Below are positions 10,118-19,958 of a DNA stretch of 50,246 bases, in pieces (positions within the stretch are counted from its first letter, which is position 1; each line of letters opens with the position of its first letter). The stretch comes from Oscillospiraceae bacterium. GTDB taxonomy: Bacteria > Bacillota > Clostridia > Oscillospirales > Oscillospiraceae. The stretch is from assembly GCA_902795885.1 (NCBI GenBank), contig CADBNC010000208.1, forward strand, positions 1 through 50,246. Direction: 5' to 3'. The position numbers and the translations under genes are program-made. A model generated the notes under the pieces. The model made no database searches, was not told the DNA's origin, and was given only the letters and a program-made list of their open reading frames with translations.

Positions 10118-10552
10118 ATGTTAATCAAAGTTCAAAAAGTGAATCCCGATGCCTGCCTGCCGGCAAGAGGAAGCCGGGAGGCGGCAGGATATGATCTTTA
10201 TGCCTGCCTGCAGGCGCCGGTTGAGATCCCTCCGCATGAGACAAGAACCATCGACACAGGCCTGCGCTTTGAGCTGCCGGAGGGATATTTTGCCGGCATC
10301 TTCGCCCGCAGCGGCATTGCCACCCGTGAGGGCCTTCGCCCGGCAAACTGTGTTGGGATCTGTGATTCTGATTACCGCGGGAATTATATGGTTGCCCTGC
10401 ATAACGATTCGGACGTGGTTCGCGTAGTTTCACCGCGGGAGAAGATCGCCCAGATGGTAGTGATCCCTTTCCTTTCGCTGGAGTTTGAGCTGACGGAAGA
10501 GCTTTCAAAGACTGACCGGGGAGCGGGCGGATTCGGTTCCACCGGCAGATAA
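10118..10552 (+). CDS. dut: dUTP diphosphatase
   Basis: AAGYDLYA, ARSG, GICDSDYRG and RGAGGFGSTG are trimeric dUTPase motifs. GGAGGT RBS. Confidence 0.9.
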   Translation: MLIKVQKVNPDACLPARGSREAAGYDLYACLQAPVEIPPHETRTIDTGLRFELPEGYFAGIFARSGIATREGLRPANCVGICDSDYRGNYMVALHNDSDVVRVVSPREKIAQMVVIPFLSLEFELTEELSKTDRGAGGFGSTGR

Positions 10553-10560
10553 AACAGGAC

Positions 10561-10597
10561 AAAAAAATGCCCCCGAAAAAACGGAGGCATTTTGTGT
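10561..10597. terminator. Bidirectional terminator between convergent dut and ackA
   Basis: ATGCCCCCG-AAAAAA-CGGAGGCAT hairpin (10567-10590, one mismatch), flanked by an A-run upstream and a T-run downstream. Confidence 0.5.
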
Positions 10598-10617
10598 TGG
10601 GTATAGTGTATAATGGA

Positions 10618-11814
10618 TCAGCCTACGATATCGCGGGTATCACGGGCGATGACCAGTTCTTCATTGGTGGGGATGACAAAGACCTTTACCTTGGAATCCG
10701 GGGTGGAGATCATGATGTCTTCGCCGCGCTTGCTGTTGGCAACCGGGTCGATGGTGACTCCGAGATAACCGAAATACTCGCTGATGGCAGCACGGGAGGA
10801 CTTGCTGTTCTCACCAACACCGGCCGTAAAGACGATGGCGTCAACGCCATTCATTGCAGCAACGTAGGATCCGGTGACCTTAGCAACCCAGTAGTGGAAC
10901 ATATCCAGGGCAAGCTGGGCGCGCTCGTTGCCCTCGGCAGCAGCGTTGTCAAGATCACGGAAGTCAGAGGAGACGCCGGACACGCCGAGAACGCCAGACT
11001 TCTTATTGAGGATGTTCAGCATCTCATCAATGGAATAGCCGTATTTGTTCATGAGGAACTGGATAACACCGGCGTCCAGATCGCCGCAGCGGGTGCCCAT
11101 GGGCAGACCGACCAGAGGAGTAAAGCCCATGGAGGTATCAACGCACTTGCCACCATCAATAGCCGCGATGGAGCTGCCGTTACCCATATGGCAGGAGACG
11201 ATCTTCAGCTCTTCAATGGGCTTGCCCATAAGTTCTGCGCAGCGGGAAGAGACATAGCGGTGGGACGTGCCGTGGAAACCATAGCGGCGTATGCCGTCAT
11301 TCTGATAATACTCATAGGGAACAGCATACATGAAAGCCTTGCCGGGCATGGTCTGATGGAAGGAAGTATCGAAAACGGCAACCATTGGGACATCACCCAT
11401 GACCTTGCGGCAGGCATTGATGCCGGTAATGTTGGCGGGGTTGTGCAGAGGCGCAAAGGGGATGCATTCTTCAATTGCGGCCATGACATCGTCATTGACC
11501 AGAACGGAGCTTGCAAACTTCTCGCCGCCGTGAACAACCCGGTGACCGACAGCATCGATTTCCTTCATGGAAGCAACCACGCCGTATTCTGCGGAGGTAA
11601 GCTTCTCGATAACTGCGGCAATGGCTTCGGAATGAGTGGGCAGGGGGAGATCTTCATCGAATACAGGCTTTCCGCCGACAAGGGGGCTGTGCTTCAGATG
11701 GCCATCAATACCAATACGCTCGCAAAGGCCCTTTGCGAGGACAGATTCGGTGGTCATATCGATCAGCTGGTATTTCAAAGAAGAGCTTCCGGCGTTGATA
11801 ACTAAAATTTTCAT
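10618..11814 (-). CDS. ackA: Acetate kinase
   Basis: [18 protein letters not shown]-terminus, [18 protein letters not shown] and HLGNG-like MGNGSS. 398 aa. Confidence 0.97.
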   Translation of the reverse strand: MKILVINAGSSSLKYQLIDMTTESVLAKGLCERIGIDGHLKHSPLVGGKPVFDEDLPLPTHSEAIAAVIEKLTSAEYGVVASMKEIDAVGHRVVHGGEKFASSVLVNDDVMAAIEECIPFAPLHNPANITGINACRKVMGDVPMVAVFDTSFHQTMPGKAFMYAVPYEYYQNDGIRRYGFHGTSHRYVSSRCAELMGKPIEELKIVSCHMGNGSSIAAIDGGKCVDTSMGFTPLVGLPMGTRCGDLDAGVIQFLMNKYGYSIDEMLNILNKKSGVLGVSGVSSDFRDLDNAAAEGNERAQLALDMFHYWVAKVTGSYVAAMNGVDAIVFTAGVGENSKSSRAAISEYFGYLGVTIDPVANSKRGEDIMISTPDSKVKVFVIPTNEELVIARDTRDIVG

Positions 11815-11896
11815 AGGTTGGTTCCTTTCATAAAATCATTCGTGCTTATTGTAATCATTCCAATGCAAAAGCGCAAGTATTTTTTCGGAGAAGATC

Positions 11897-13084
11897 ATGA
11901 AAATCACAGGAATAGCAGCAGAATATAACCCTTTCCATCTCGGACATGCCTATCATCTGCAAAAGAGCCGCGAAGAGGATCCGGAGCGATGCATCGTTGC
12001 CGTCATGAGCGGGGACTTTGTTCAGCGGGGAGAGGCGGCATCCTATAACAAATATGCCAGGGCAGAGGCTGCCTGCCGATGCGGGGTAGATCTGGTCGTG
12101 GAGCTTCCGCTGGCCTGGGCTCTTTCCTCGGCAGAGGGGTTTGCACGGGGAGCCGTCCGGATCCTCTCGGGCATCGGGGCAGATACCATCGCCTTCGGGG
12201 CAGAGTCAGAGAAACTGTCAGAACTGGAGGAGATTGCTGATGCGCTGCTGCAGAAAGATTTTGTCCATGCGGTGCGGGAGAGGCTGACCCGGGAACCGAA
12301 ACAGAGCTTTGCAGCCGCCCGACAGAGGACGGCAGAGGAGAGACTGGGCAGACCACTTCCGGAAATGAAGCAGCCGAACAACATACTGGCGATCGAATAT
12401 CTGAAGGCGATCCAGGAACTGCAGCCTGCCCTGCGGCCTCTCGCTGTCAGGCGTTTCGGCGCAGAGCACGACAGCGCCGGAGAGGGCGGTATTCTTTCAG
12501 CAAAGGCCCTGCGGACTCTGCTTGCGGAAGGGAACCCCATCGACAGATGGATACCGGAAGAGGCCGCAATAATATTCGGAAAGGAAACCAGAGAGGGACG
12601 ACAGGTTTATGGGGGAAACACTTACGAGCGTGTTCTTCTCTCCCGCCTCCGGAGCCTTCAGTGCGGGGATTTCTGCGAACTGCATGATGCAGAAGGCGGC
12701 CTTGGGCAGAAGCTTTTCAATGCATTCAGAACAGCAGGCAGCATGGAGGAGATTATTCGTGAAGTATCCAGCAGCCGGTATGCCTCAGCCCGTGTGCGCA
12801 GGCTATGCCTCTGCGCAGCGCTTGGAGTGCAGCCGGCAGCGCGTGAGAATCTTCCAGGGTACGCCAGAATCCTGGCCTTCAATGGCAGAGGGAGAGAGAT
12901 CCTGAAGAGCGTAAGAGGGATCCCGGTTCTGACGAAAACAGGGGACTACAGAATACTTGACGGGGAAAGCAGGATACAGGTGGAACTGGCGGCAGCTGCT
13001 CATGATTTTTATACTCTGTGCTACCCGCACGCCGGCCCGTGGCCGGCCGGGGAAGACTGGCGAAAAGGACCAACACGCTGTTGA
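11897..13084 (+). CDS. tmcAL: tRNA(Met) cytidine acetate ligase TmcAL (YlbM/UPF0348 family)
   Basis: MKITGIAAEYNPFHLGHAYH...AVMSGDFVQRGE...VDLVVELP...PNNILAIEYLKA closely parallels B. subtilis YlbM/TmcAL as I recall it. Confidence 0.85.
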   Translation: MKITGIAAEYNPFHLGHAYHLQKSREEDPERCIVAVMSGDFVQRGEAASYNKYARAEAACRCGVDLVVELPLAWALSSAEGFARGAVRILSGIGADTIAFGAESEKLSELEEIADALLQKDFVHAVRERLTREPKQSFAAARQRTAEERLGRPLPEMKQPNNILAIEYLKAIQELQPALRPLAVRRFGAEHDSAGEGGILSAKALRTLLAEGNPIDRWIPEEAAIIFGKETREGRQVYGGNTYERVLLSRLRSLQCGDFCELHDAEGGLGQKLFNAFRTAGSMEEIIREVSSSRYASARVRRLCLCAALGVQPAARENLPGYARILAFNGRGREILKSVRGIPVLTKTGDYRILDGESRIQVELAAAAHDFYTLCYPHAGPWPAGEDWRKGPTRC

Positions 13085-13127
13085 GAGAGTGAATATGCCG
13101 CCTGTTTTGTGTAATCGGTCAAAAAAC

Positions 13128-13173
13128 ATGCTGTTCCATAACAGCATTTCGGCAAAATGCGCAAGTGCATTTT
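13128..13173 (+). terminator. Two short hairpins downstream of tmcAL (weak terminator candidates)
   Basis: ATGCTGTT-CCAT-AACAGCAT (13128-13147) and AAAATGCG-CAAG-TGCATTTT (13154-13173). The second is flanked by A and T runs. Confidence 0.35.
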
Positions 13174-13283
13174 AAAAAAAGATGTTGTATAATGCTTGTA
13201 TCGTCACGGGAAACGTTTGTCTCCAAAGTGCGGACATCTATCCCTGATTGACGAAAATAAAAACAATTAATGGAGGAAGAAAA

Positions 13284-14441
13284 ATGAAAAAGATTCTAGC
13301 AGTTGCGCTGGTAATCTGCCTGGTATTTGCTCTGGCCCCGATGGCCTTTGCCGATGACAACCCGGTAGTGAAGATCGGCGTATTCGAGCCGCAGTCCGGT
13401 GATAACGGCGCCGGCGGCAAGCAGGAAGTTCTCGGCATGCAGTATGCCAACTACCTGACTCCGACTGTCGAGATTGACGGTGTTGAGTATGATGTTGAAC
13501 TGGTTTATGCAGACAACGCATCTTCCAATGACAAGGCCCCGACTGCCGCGCAGGATCTGATCTCCAACGGTGTTTCTCTGGTCCTTGGCTCCTATGGCTC
13601 CGGTGTTTCCATTGCGGCGAGCGATACCTTCTCCAATGCTGGTGTGCCTGCCATCGGCGTCACCTGCACCAACCCGCAGGTTACCTCCGGCTGCGATGTG
13701 TATTTCCGCATCTGCTTCCTGGATCCGTTCCAGGGTACGGTTCTTGCCAACTTCGCCAAGAGCGAGCTCAATGCCACCAAGGCTTACTGCCTGGCCAAGC
13801 TCGGTGATGACTATTCCGGCGGTCTCTGCAACTTCTTTATTGAAGCCTTCGGTAAGGAAAACTGCGTGTATGAGCAGTTCCCGGAAGGCACCTCTGATTT
13901 CTCCACCTACATCACCAATGCCCAGAATCAGGGCTGCGATGTCTTCTTCTCTCCGGTGAGCACCGAGGCAGCAGCGCAGATTATTGCAAAGGCTGATACA
14001 CAGGCTCTCGGAATGCCCATCCTCGCCGGCGACACCTGGGATTCCAATGTTATCCTGAATGCCGCGAAGGGTACGGATGTTCAGATCTGTGTTACCACCT
14101 TCTATCAGGAAGGCGCAAATGAAGAATTCGATAAGGGTATCAAGGAATGGATCAACAGCGACAAGACTGCCCTTGCCAACAACGGCGGCAATGACGAACT
14201 TGCTGCAGTAACGGTCATGGGCTATGATGCCTACTATGTGGCTCTGGAAGCCCTGAAGGCTGCCGGCTCCACCGATCCCGAAGCTGTTCTGGAAGTCCTC
14301 CCCGCACTCTCCTATGAGGGCGTAACCGGTGCGATTGCCTTTGACGAGAACAAGGATGCTATCCGTGACAGCGCCTTCGTCAAGGAGTGCAACACCGAGA
14401 CCGGTGTCTGGGACTTCGTTACGGTTGCAACTGTCGGCTGA
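13284..14441 (+). CDS. ABC transporter substrate-binding protein, LivJ/Peripla_BP_6 type (branched-chain amino acid-like)
   Basis: Signal peptide MKKILAVALVICLVFALAPMAFA, then a type I periplasmic-binding fold resembling Leu/Ile/Val binders. GGAGGA RBS. It sits upstream of livHMGF-like genes. Confidence 0.88.
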   Translation: MKKILAVALVICLVFALAPMAFADDNPVVKIGVFEPQSGDNGAGGKQEVLGMQYANYLTPTVEIDGVEYDVELVYADNASSNDKAPTAAQDLISNGVSLVLGSYGSGVSIAASDTFSNAGVPAIGVTCTNPQVTSGCDVYFRICFLDPFQGTVLANFAKSELNATKAYCLAKLGDDYSGGLCNFFIEAFGKENCVYEQFPEGTSDFSTYITNAQNQGCDVFFSPVSTEAAAQIIAKADTQALGMPILAGDTWDSNVILNAAKGTDVQICVTTFYQEGANEEFDKGIKEWINSDKTALANNGGNDELAAVTVMGYDAYYVALEALKAAGSTDPEAVLEVLPALSYEGVTGAIAFDENKDAIRDSAFVKECNTETGVWDFVTVATVG

Positions 14442-14490
14442 TTTCGGCTGTGAAACCGTAATCAGCCAGAGCTAAACCAGAAATGCGGGT

Positions 14491-14571
14491 GGGGTGAAGA
14501 GCCGGGTGCTCTTCACTCCACTTCGCGGTGAATTCCCCGGTGCGGGAAATTCACCGCTTTCATTTATTTTT
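14491..14571 (+). terminator. Tandem hairpins, the second a strong intrinsic terminator, between the binding-protein gene and the permease genes
   Basis: Hairpin A 14491-14519 (12 bp including one G-U). Hairpin B 14525-14557 (GCGGTGAATTCCCC/GGGAAATTCACCGC, 13 of 14 paired), followed by TTTCATTTATTTTT. Confidence 0.55.
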
Positions 14572-14588
14572 CGAAGGAGGATTCCTCC

Positions 14589-15509
14589 ATGGCAAAAACC
14601 ATATTGCCCTATATTATTTCCGGTATCTCTGTAGGCGGTCAGTATGCTCTGATTGCGATCGGTTATACCATGGTTTACGGCATCCTGCGCCTGATTAACT
14701 TCGCTCATGGCGACGTGTTTATGGTCGCCGGGCTGATGATGGTTTATATGGCGGCCTCCATGCCGCTCTATATTGCCATTCCTCTGATGATTGTTCTGAC
14801 CGTGCTGCTGGGCTTTCTCATCGAGCGCGTGGCATACCGCCCCCTTCGTACGGCGCCGCGTATGTCGGTTATGATCTCGGCAATCGGTGTCAGTTATCTG
14901 ATTCAGAACCTTGCCCTTTATATTACGGGCGGACTGAATAAAAACTATCCCACGATCCCATGGATTTCTGATCGTGTGACGGTCTTCGGCATGGAGACTT
15001 CCCGTGTCACGATTATTACGCCCTTCCTCACCATTATCCTCGTGGTACTGCTGGTACAGCTGATCAACCACACGAAGATTGGTATGGCGATGCGGGCGGT
15101 TTCACTGAATTTTGAAACATCACAGCTGATGGGCATTCGGATTAACAACGTAATCTCTGCCACGTTTATCATTGGAACTTTCCTGGCAGCGGTTGGCTCG
15201 ATGCTGTTTTTCACCAATTATCCCGGTGTTGTTCCGACTTCGGGCGCCATGCCCGGCCTGAAAGCTTTTGTCGCGGCAGTTTTTGGCGGCATTGGCTCGA
15301 TTCCCGGTGCTGTGATCGGTGCCTTTATCATCGGTATTGCAGAGAGCCTGATCAAAGGGCTTGACACGATCCTGATTGTACAGGGGACCATCTCGGAGCA
15401 GATCGGATTTGCAACATTTTCCGATGCGTTTACGTTTATTCTGCTGATTATAGTTCTGGTATTCAAGCCCACTGGTCTTTTCGGCGAAAAGACCACCGAC
15501 AAGGTCTGA
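14589..15509 (+). CDS. livH: Branched-chain amino acid ABC transporter permease (LivH type)
   Basis: Polytopic membrane protein with LivH-like sequence (GLNxxxG... AMRA...). GAAGGAGG RBS. Confidence 0.9.
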   Translation: MAKTILPYIISGISVGGQYALIAIGYTMVYGILRLINFAHGDVFMVAGLMMVYMAASMPLYIAIPLMIVLTVLLGFLIERVAYRPLRTAPRMSVMISAIGVSYLIQNLALYITGGLNKNYPTIPWISDRVTVFGMETSRVTIITPFLTIILVVLLVQLINHTKIGMAMRAVSLNFETSQLMGIRINNVISATFIIGTFLAAVGSMLFFTNYPGVVPTSGAMPGLKAFVAAVFGGIGSIPGAVIGAFIIGIAESLIKGLDTILIVQGTISEQIGFATFSDAFTFILLIIVLVFKPTGLFGEKTTDKV

Positions 15510-15524
15510 GAGGAGGGAGTTGCA

Positions 15525-16679
15525 GTGAAACAGGAATACCGCAAAAAAACCTCCTGGGGAGCCCTGCTCGCGGTGCTGGTTTTCCTCGCCGTGGTTCTGT
15601 GGCTTGACCAGATTATCAAACCGACGAACAAAATGTATATGCTTCTGACTGTTCTGCAGAAAGGTTCTGTCTATGCCCTTGCGGCAGTTTCCATGAATCT
15701 GCTCAACGGCTATACCGGGCTCTTCTCGCTGGGGCATGCCGGGTTCATGCTCATTGGTGCCTACACCTATGCTATTTTTACGATTCCGTCTTCGGCCCGT
15801 GATGCAGTCTATCAGTATTTTGATGCCGCGGTGCGTTTCTCCTTCCCGGAAGCACTCTCCGGTGTAATGGGGCCTGCCGGCACAGCTGTTGGCGTGCTGA
15901 TCGCTGTGATTCTTGCGGGCCTGATGGCAGCATTCTTTGCCTGGCTGATTGGCCTTCCTGTGCTCCGTCTGAAGTCTGACTATCTGGCAATCGCTACGCT
16001 TGGCTTTGCTGAGATTATCCGTGCGATTTTCCAGTGGCAGAAGCTTGGCCCTATAACGAATGGCTCCAACCTGCTGAAGAACTTTGCCAGAACCAGCAAA
16101 TTCAAGCTCGAACTTGGCGATACCAAGCTCGTCCTGTCCACCTTTGTTCCTGTTCTGATCGCGACAATTTCCATCATTATCATTGTCAAGCTTGTAAATT
16201 CTACCTATGGCCGGGCTTTCAAGGCAATCCGCGATGATGAGATTGCCGCAGAGGCAATGGGTATCAACCTGGCGAAACACAAGATGCTTTCTTTTACTGT
16301 CAGCTCTTTCTTCGCGGGGGTTTCCGGTGCCATGATGGCGATGGTCCTTTCCATTGCCCAGGCGAGCAACTTCAAATCTGCCATGACTTATGAAATACTG
16401 CTGATGGTGGTTCTGGGCGGTATAGGCTCTACATCCGGGTCTGTAATTGGATCATTCCTCTTTGTTGCCGCGTCCGAATGGTGGCTGCGCGGGCTTGATT
16501 CCGGATCCTTCCTGGGAATCAGTGCGCCGGGCATCTTCCGCAACGGGTTCCGCCTGGTGGTATTCTCCATTATCATCATGATCGTGGTGCTTTTCTTCCG
16601 AAAAGGTATTATGGGCGAGCGTGAGATCAGCGATGTTCTTCGCAGCCGAAAGAAAAAAGCAGGGGGGACGGCAAAATGA
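15525..16679 (+). CDS. livM: Branched-chain amino acid ABC transporter permease (LivM type)
   Basis: GTG start after GGAGGGAG. Contains NLLNGYTGLFSLGHAGFMLIGAY, typical of LivM. Multiple TM segments. Confidence 0.9.
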   Translation: MKQEYRKKTSWGALLAVLVFLAVVLWLDQIIKPTNKMYMLLTVLQKGSVYALAAVSMNLLNGYTGLFSLGHAGFMLIGAYTYAIFTIPSSARDAVYQYFDAAVRFSFPEALSGVMGPAGTAVGVLIAVILAGLMAAFFAWLIGLPVLRLKSDYLAIATLGFAEIIRAIFQWQKLGPITNGSNLLKNFARTSKFKLELGDTKLVLSTFVPVLIATISIIIIVKLVNSTYGRAFKAIRDDEIAAEAMGINLAKHKMLSFTVSSFFAGVSGAMMAMVLSIAQASNFKSAMTYEILLMVVLGGIGSTSGSVIGSFLFVAASEWWLRGLDSGSFLGISAPGIFRNGFRLVVFSIIIMIVVLFFRKGIMGEREISDVLRSRKKKAGGTAK

Positions 16680-17527
16680 GAAAAGACAGGCCCTGTGTCC
16701 TCCGGGTAGAGGATGTGACCATGCAGTTTGGCGGCGTAGTTGCTGTGAACGACTTCAGCATGGAAGAATATGAGGGGGAAATCGTTGCCATTATCGGCCC
16801 AAACGGCGCGGGAAAGACAACGGCCTTCAATGTGATCACCGGTGTGTATGCCCCCACAAATGGCCGTGTAAGCTTCAATGGCAGCAAGGTGATCGAGAAC
16901 TTCCCAAAGGGGAAAATGAAAAAAGGCTATCTCGGGGAGAATGCGGGTAAATATACCGAGACTCTTGAGCCGACGCCGGACAAACTGACAGCGCTCGGCA
17001 TGGCGAGAACCTTTCAGAATATTCGTCTTTGGCCGAGCATGTCGGTTTTTGAAAACGTCCTGATCGCAAAGCATATGAAACGTACCAGCAATCTGTTTTC
17101 TGCCACCTTCGGGGCAAACCGGGCAGAGGAGATACGACAGCGCGAAGAGGCGGATGCACTTCTGGAGACAGTTGGCCTTTCGGATGTGCGGAATGAGCTG
17201 GCAACAAGTCTTCCATACGGCAAACAGCGTCGCCTGGAGATTGCCCGGGCACTTGCGACCGAACCGAAGCTGCTGCTGCTCGATGAGCCTGCAGCAGGCA
17301 TGAACCCGCAGGAGACTGTGGAGCTCACGCGCTTTATCGCAGAGATTCGGGATCAGTTCCACGTGAGCATTCTGCTGATCGAGCATCATATGGATCTGGT
17401 TATGGATATTTCCGACAGAATATATGTGCTTGACTTTGGAAAGATGATTGCACATGGCACGCCGACGGAAATCCAGGCGAATGAAAAAGTCATTGACGCA
17501 TATCTGGGGGTGGCTGACGATGCTTGA
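16676..17527 (+). CDS. livG: ABC transporter ATP-binding protein (LivG type)
   Basis: Walker A GPNGAGKTT, signature LPYGKQRRLEIARAL, Walker B LLLLDEPAAG. ATGA overlap with livM. Confidence 0.9.
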   Translation: MRKDRPCVLRVEDVTMQFGGVVAVNDFSMEEYEGEIVAIIGPNGAGKTTAFNVITGVYAPTNGRVSFNGSKVIENFPKGKMKKGYLGENAGKYTETLEPTPDKLTALGMARTFQNIRLWPSMSVFENVLIAKHMKRTSNLFSATFGANRAEEIRQREEADALLETVGLSDVRNELATSLPYGKQRRLEIARALATEPKLLLLDEPAAGMNPQETVELTRFIAEIRDQFHVSILLIEHHMDLVMDISDRIYVLDFGKMIAHGTPTEIQANEKVIDAYLGVADDA

Positions 17528-18224
17528 AGTAAAGGATCTGCATGTCTCCTATGGAGGAATCCGCGCACTGCGCGGTGTCAATCTGGAAGTTCCCGATGGC
17601 AAGATTGTCACGCTTATCGGCGCAAATGGAGCAGGGAAATCCACGATGCTCCGTACCATTTCCGGTCTCGTGAAGGCGGAGAGCGGGTCGGTTCTCTATA
17701 ACGGGAAGGAACTGATCGGAATGCCGATCAACAAGATCCTGGAAGAGGGGATCGCCATGGTTCCGGAAGGACGGCGTGTGTTCACGAACCTGACGGTTCT
17801 GGAGAACCTGAAAATCGGAGCTTATCTGCGCAATGACAAGGCCGGGATTCAGAAGGATATCGAGTGGGTGTACGAGCTGTTTCCGCGGCTTCAGGAGCGG
17901 TCCTGGCAGATGGCCGGCACGCTCTCCGGCGGCGAACAGCAGATGCTGGCTGTTGGCCGTGCTCTGATGAGCCGCCCGAAGCTCATGATGATGGATGAGC
18001 CTTCCCTGGGCCTTGCACCGCTGGTCGTAAAGGGTATTTTTGACATCATCCGTGAGATCAACCGCCAGGGTGTTACCGTGCTGCTGATCGAACAGAACGC
18101 CAACATGGCTCTGAAAACCGCGGATCTTGCCTATGTGCTGGAGACAGGGGAGATTACCCTGCAGGGAAGCGGCGCAGAGCTGCTAACAAATGAGGCAATC
18201 AAGAAAGCCTATCTTGGAGAATAG
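17520..18224 (+). CDS. livF: ABC transporter ATP-binding protein (LivF type)
   Basis: [49 protein letters not shown]. 8-nt overlap with livG. Confidence 0.9.
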   Translation: MLEVKDLHVSYGGIRALRGVNLEVPDGKIVTLIGANGAGKSTMLRTISGLVKAESGSVLYNGKELIGMPINKILEEGIAMVPEGRRVFTNLTVLENLKIGAYLRNDKAGIQKDIEWVYELFPRLQERSWQMAGTLSGGEQQMLAVGRALMSRPKLMMMDEPSLGLAPLVVKGIFDIIREINRQGVTVLLIEQNANMALKTADLAYVLETGEITLQGSGAELLTNEAIKKAYLGE

Positions 18225-18256
18225 AAATCATCTGGTCTGATAGAAGGAGACAGAAA

Positions 18257-19048
18257 ATGAGAGTTGTCATTCAGGATAATTATGAAAAGATGTGTCTTTG
18301 GGCTGCGAATTATATTGCAAAGAAGATCAGGGGCCATAAAGAAAATCGACCGTTTGTTCTCGGTCTTCCCACCGGTTCCAGCCCGATCGGTGTGTATAAG
18401 GAGCTTGCCCGCATGAATCAGGCCGGAGAGCTTAGTTTTGCGAACGTCGTGACTTTCAACATGGATGAGTATCTTGGCCTCCCTCATGAGCATGACCAGA
18501 GCTACTGGTATTTTATGCACGACAACTTCTTCGACCACCTGGTGGATATGAAGCCGGAGAACATCAATATTCTCAATGGCATGACCGATGATCCGGAAGG
18601 GGAATGCGCACGATATGAAGAGAAAATTGCCTCTTACGGCGGGATAGATCTTTTCATGGGCGGCATCGGTGTTGACGGGCATCTGGCCTTCAACGAGCCT
18701 TTTACTTCTCTCTCGTCCAGAACCGGTGTGCGGTATCTTACCACCGACACACGGATTGTGAACTCCCGTTTCTTCGGCAACGACCCGGAAAAGGTACCCT
18801 CTATGGCTCTTTCCGTAGGGATCGGCACGGTTACGGATTCCAAAGAAGTGCTTGTGCTGATCAGCGGACACAACAAAGCCCGCGCACTGGCCGCAACAGT
18901 GGAAGGTGGTGTCAGCCAGAAGTGGACCTGCAGTGCCCTTCAGCTGCACAATGCGGCGATTATTGCCTGCGATGAGGATGCCTGCGGCGAGCTTACGGTC
19001 GATACGTACAAGTATTTTCTTGATATTGAGCGCTCTGAGCGTATCTGA
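18257..19048 (+). CDS. nagB: Glucosamine-6-phosphate deaminase
   Basis: [29 protein letters not shown] are NagB hallmarks. GAAGGAGA RBS. Confidence 0.9.
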   Translation: MRVVIQDNYEKMCLWAANYIAKKIRGHKENRPFVLGLPTGSSPIGVYKELARMNQAGELSFANVVTFNMDEYLGLPHEHDQSYWYFMHDNFFDHLVDMKPENINILNGMTDDPEGECARYEEKIASYGGIDLFMGGIGVDGHLAFNEPFTSLSSRTGVRYLTTDTRIVNSRFFGNDPEKVPSMALSVGIGTVTDSKEVLVLISGHNKARALAATVEGGVSQKWTCSALQLHNAAIIACDEDACGELTVDTYKYFLDIERSERI

Positions 19049-19072
19049 CGGAAAAAACAAATATATATTGTG

Positions 19073-19110
19073 CAGAGAAACGGCCGATTCGTTGGCCGTT
19101 TCTCTGTTTC
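19073..19110 (+). terminator. Rho-independent terminator after nagB
   Basis: Perfect 13-bp stem CAGAGAAACGGCC/GGCCGTTTCTCTG with an 8-nt loop, followed by TTTC. Confidence 0.7.
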
Positions 19111-19179
19111 TGAGGACAGTATTCCGAGTATACGGATGCTTACCGCCAGAAAGGGTATGCATCTTCGGGGAATATGGGA

Positions 19180-19208
19180 TTGCACAAAAATGCTACCTAT
19201 GTTATAAT
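19180..19208 (+). promoter_or_regulatory. Candidate sigma-A promoter for the TetR-family gene
   Basis: TTGCAC (19180-19185), 17-nt spacer, TATAAT (19203-19208), with a TGn extended -10. Confidence 0.55.
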
Positions 19209-19304
19209 GTATATACATTTATTGCGAATTGTCGAAAATGCAATTGGATTGCCTTCAATATACTATTGCTTCACAGGCGCAGAAGAGTTAAAGGGGGAGA
19301 GAAT

Positions 19305-19877
19305 ATGGCAAACGGTACAAAGGAAGCACTGGCATCTGCACTTAGGCAGATGATGACAATCAAGCCGATTGACAAGATTACGGTCAAGGATATTGTGGAG
19401 ATCTGCGGCGTCAACAGGCAGACATTCTATTATCATTTTGACGATGTGGACGATCTCCTGGAATGGGTATTCGAAGATGACGCGGACCGGGTGCTGCCTC
19501 ATGAGGTGGTATATGATCGCTGGCTTGAAGATGTAATGACCTTTATGGATTATCTGGAATCGAACAGCGCCTTTACTCTGAATGTCTATAACTCTAACAG
19601 CAGGCTTTATATGCTGCGTTATCTGAAGGAAAAAATGAAAGCCTGCATACGCAGCTTTGCGGTGATTGTTTCGGAGGGCAAGAGCATCAGCCGGCATGAT
19701 TTTGAGTTCGTCGTGGAATTCTATGCGGAGTGTGCCATCGGCTTTATTTCTCACTGGATGGATTACGGTATGACGCTTCCAAAGGAACTGACCAAGGAGC
19801 GCATTCTGAAGGTTATGAACAACAGCGTTGAGAATCTTCTGGAGAGATTCGAACTGCCGGAAGCAGATCACAGCTGA
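19305..19877 (+). CDS. TetR/AcrR-family transcriptional regulator (DhaS-like)
   Basis: N-terminal HTH region ITVKDIVEICGVNRQTFYYHFDDVDDLLEWVF is typical of the TetR DhaS-like subgroup. ATG 19305 follows GGGGGAGAG. The longer ORF-track frame from 18906 runs through the nagB 3' end, terminator and promoter. Confidence 0.85.
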   Translation: MANGTKEALASALRQMMTIKPIDKITVKDIVEICGVNRQTFYYHFDDVDDLLEWVFEDDADRVLPHEVVYDRWLEDVMTFMDYLESNSAFTLNVYNSNSRLYMLRYLKEKMKACIRSFAVIVSEGKSISRHDFEFVVEFYAECAIGFISHWMDYGMTLPKELTKERILKVMNNSVENLLERFELPEADHS

Positions 19878-19905
19878 TCATAACACATAGCCCTTATCGC
19901 GGCAG

Positions 19906-19954
19906 AAAAAGCAATTCGGGAAACAGAGCCAGACTGCTTCCCGAATTGCTTTTT
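19906..19954. terminator. Bidirectional terminator between the convergent TetR and pfk genes
   Basis: AAAAAGCAATTCGGGA ... TCCCGAATTGCTTTTT. The G/C-containing core is 11 bp, and the flanking A and T runs make it usable on both strands. Confidence 0.7.
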
Positions 19955-19958
19955 GTTC

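Noticed and set aside
10567-11805. A 412-aa ORF on the plus strand exactly antisense to ackA and longer than ackA itself.
   Set aside because: It is the in-register antisense frame of a strongly codon-biased gene. It stays open because TTA, CTA and TCA codons are rare in the sense strand. The translation is Gly/Asp/Ala-rich with no recognisable motifs. The ATG at 10567 lies inside the dut/ackA terminator hairpin and has no RBS.
13085-13283. Possible riboswitch or leader upstream of the liv-type transporter. I asked the same of 40824-40966 (upstream of cdaA) and 28106-28232 (dac leader).
   Set aside because: I could not recognise any conserved riboswitch core (T-box, ydaO/c-di-AMP, glycine, lysine, SAM) by eye. 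The regions are short and are explained by terminator hairpins plus promoter-like hexamers. A covariance-model scan (Rfam/Infernal) would be needed to exclude this formally.
18906-19304. A 133-codon N-terminal extension of the TetR ORF in the track, starting inside nagB.
   Set aside because: The extension spans the nagB 3' end, a perfect 13-bp terminator and a consensus promoter. The conserved TetR HTH begins right after the ATG at 19305, which has a good RBS.
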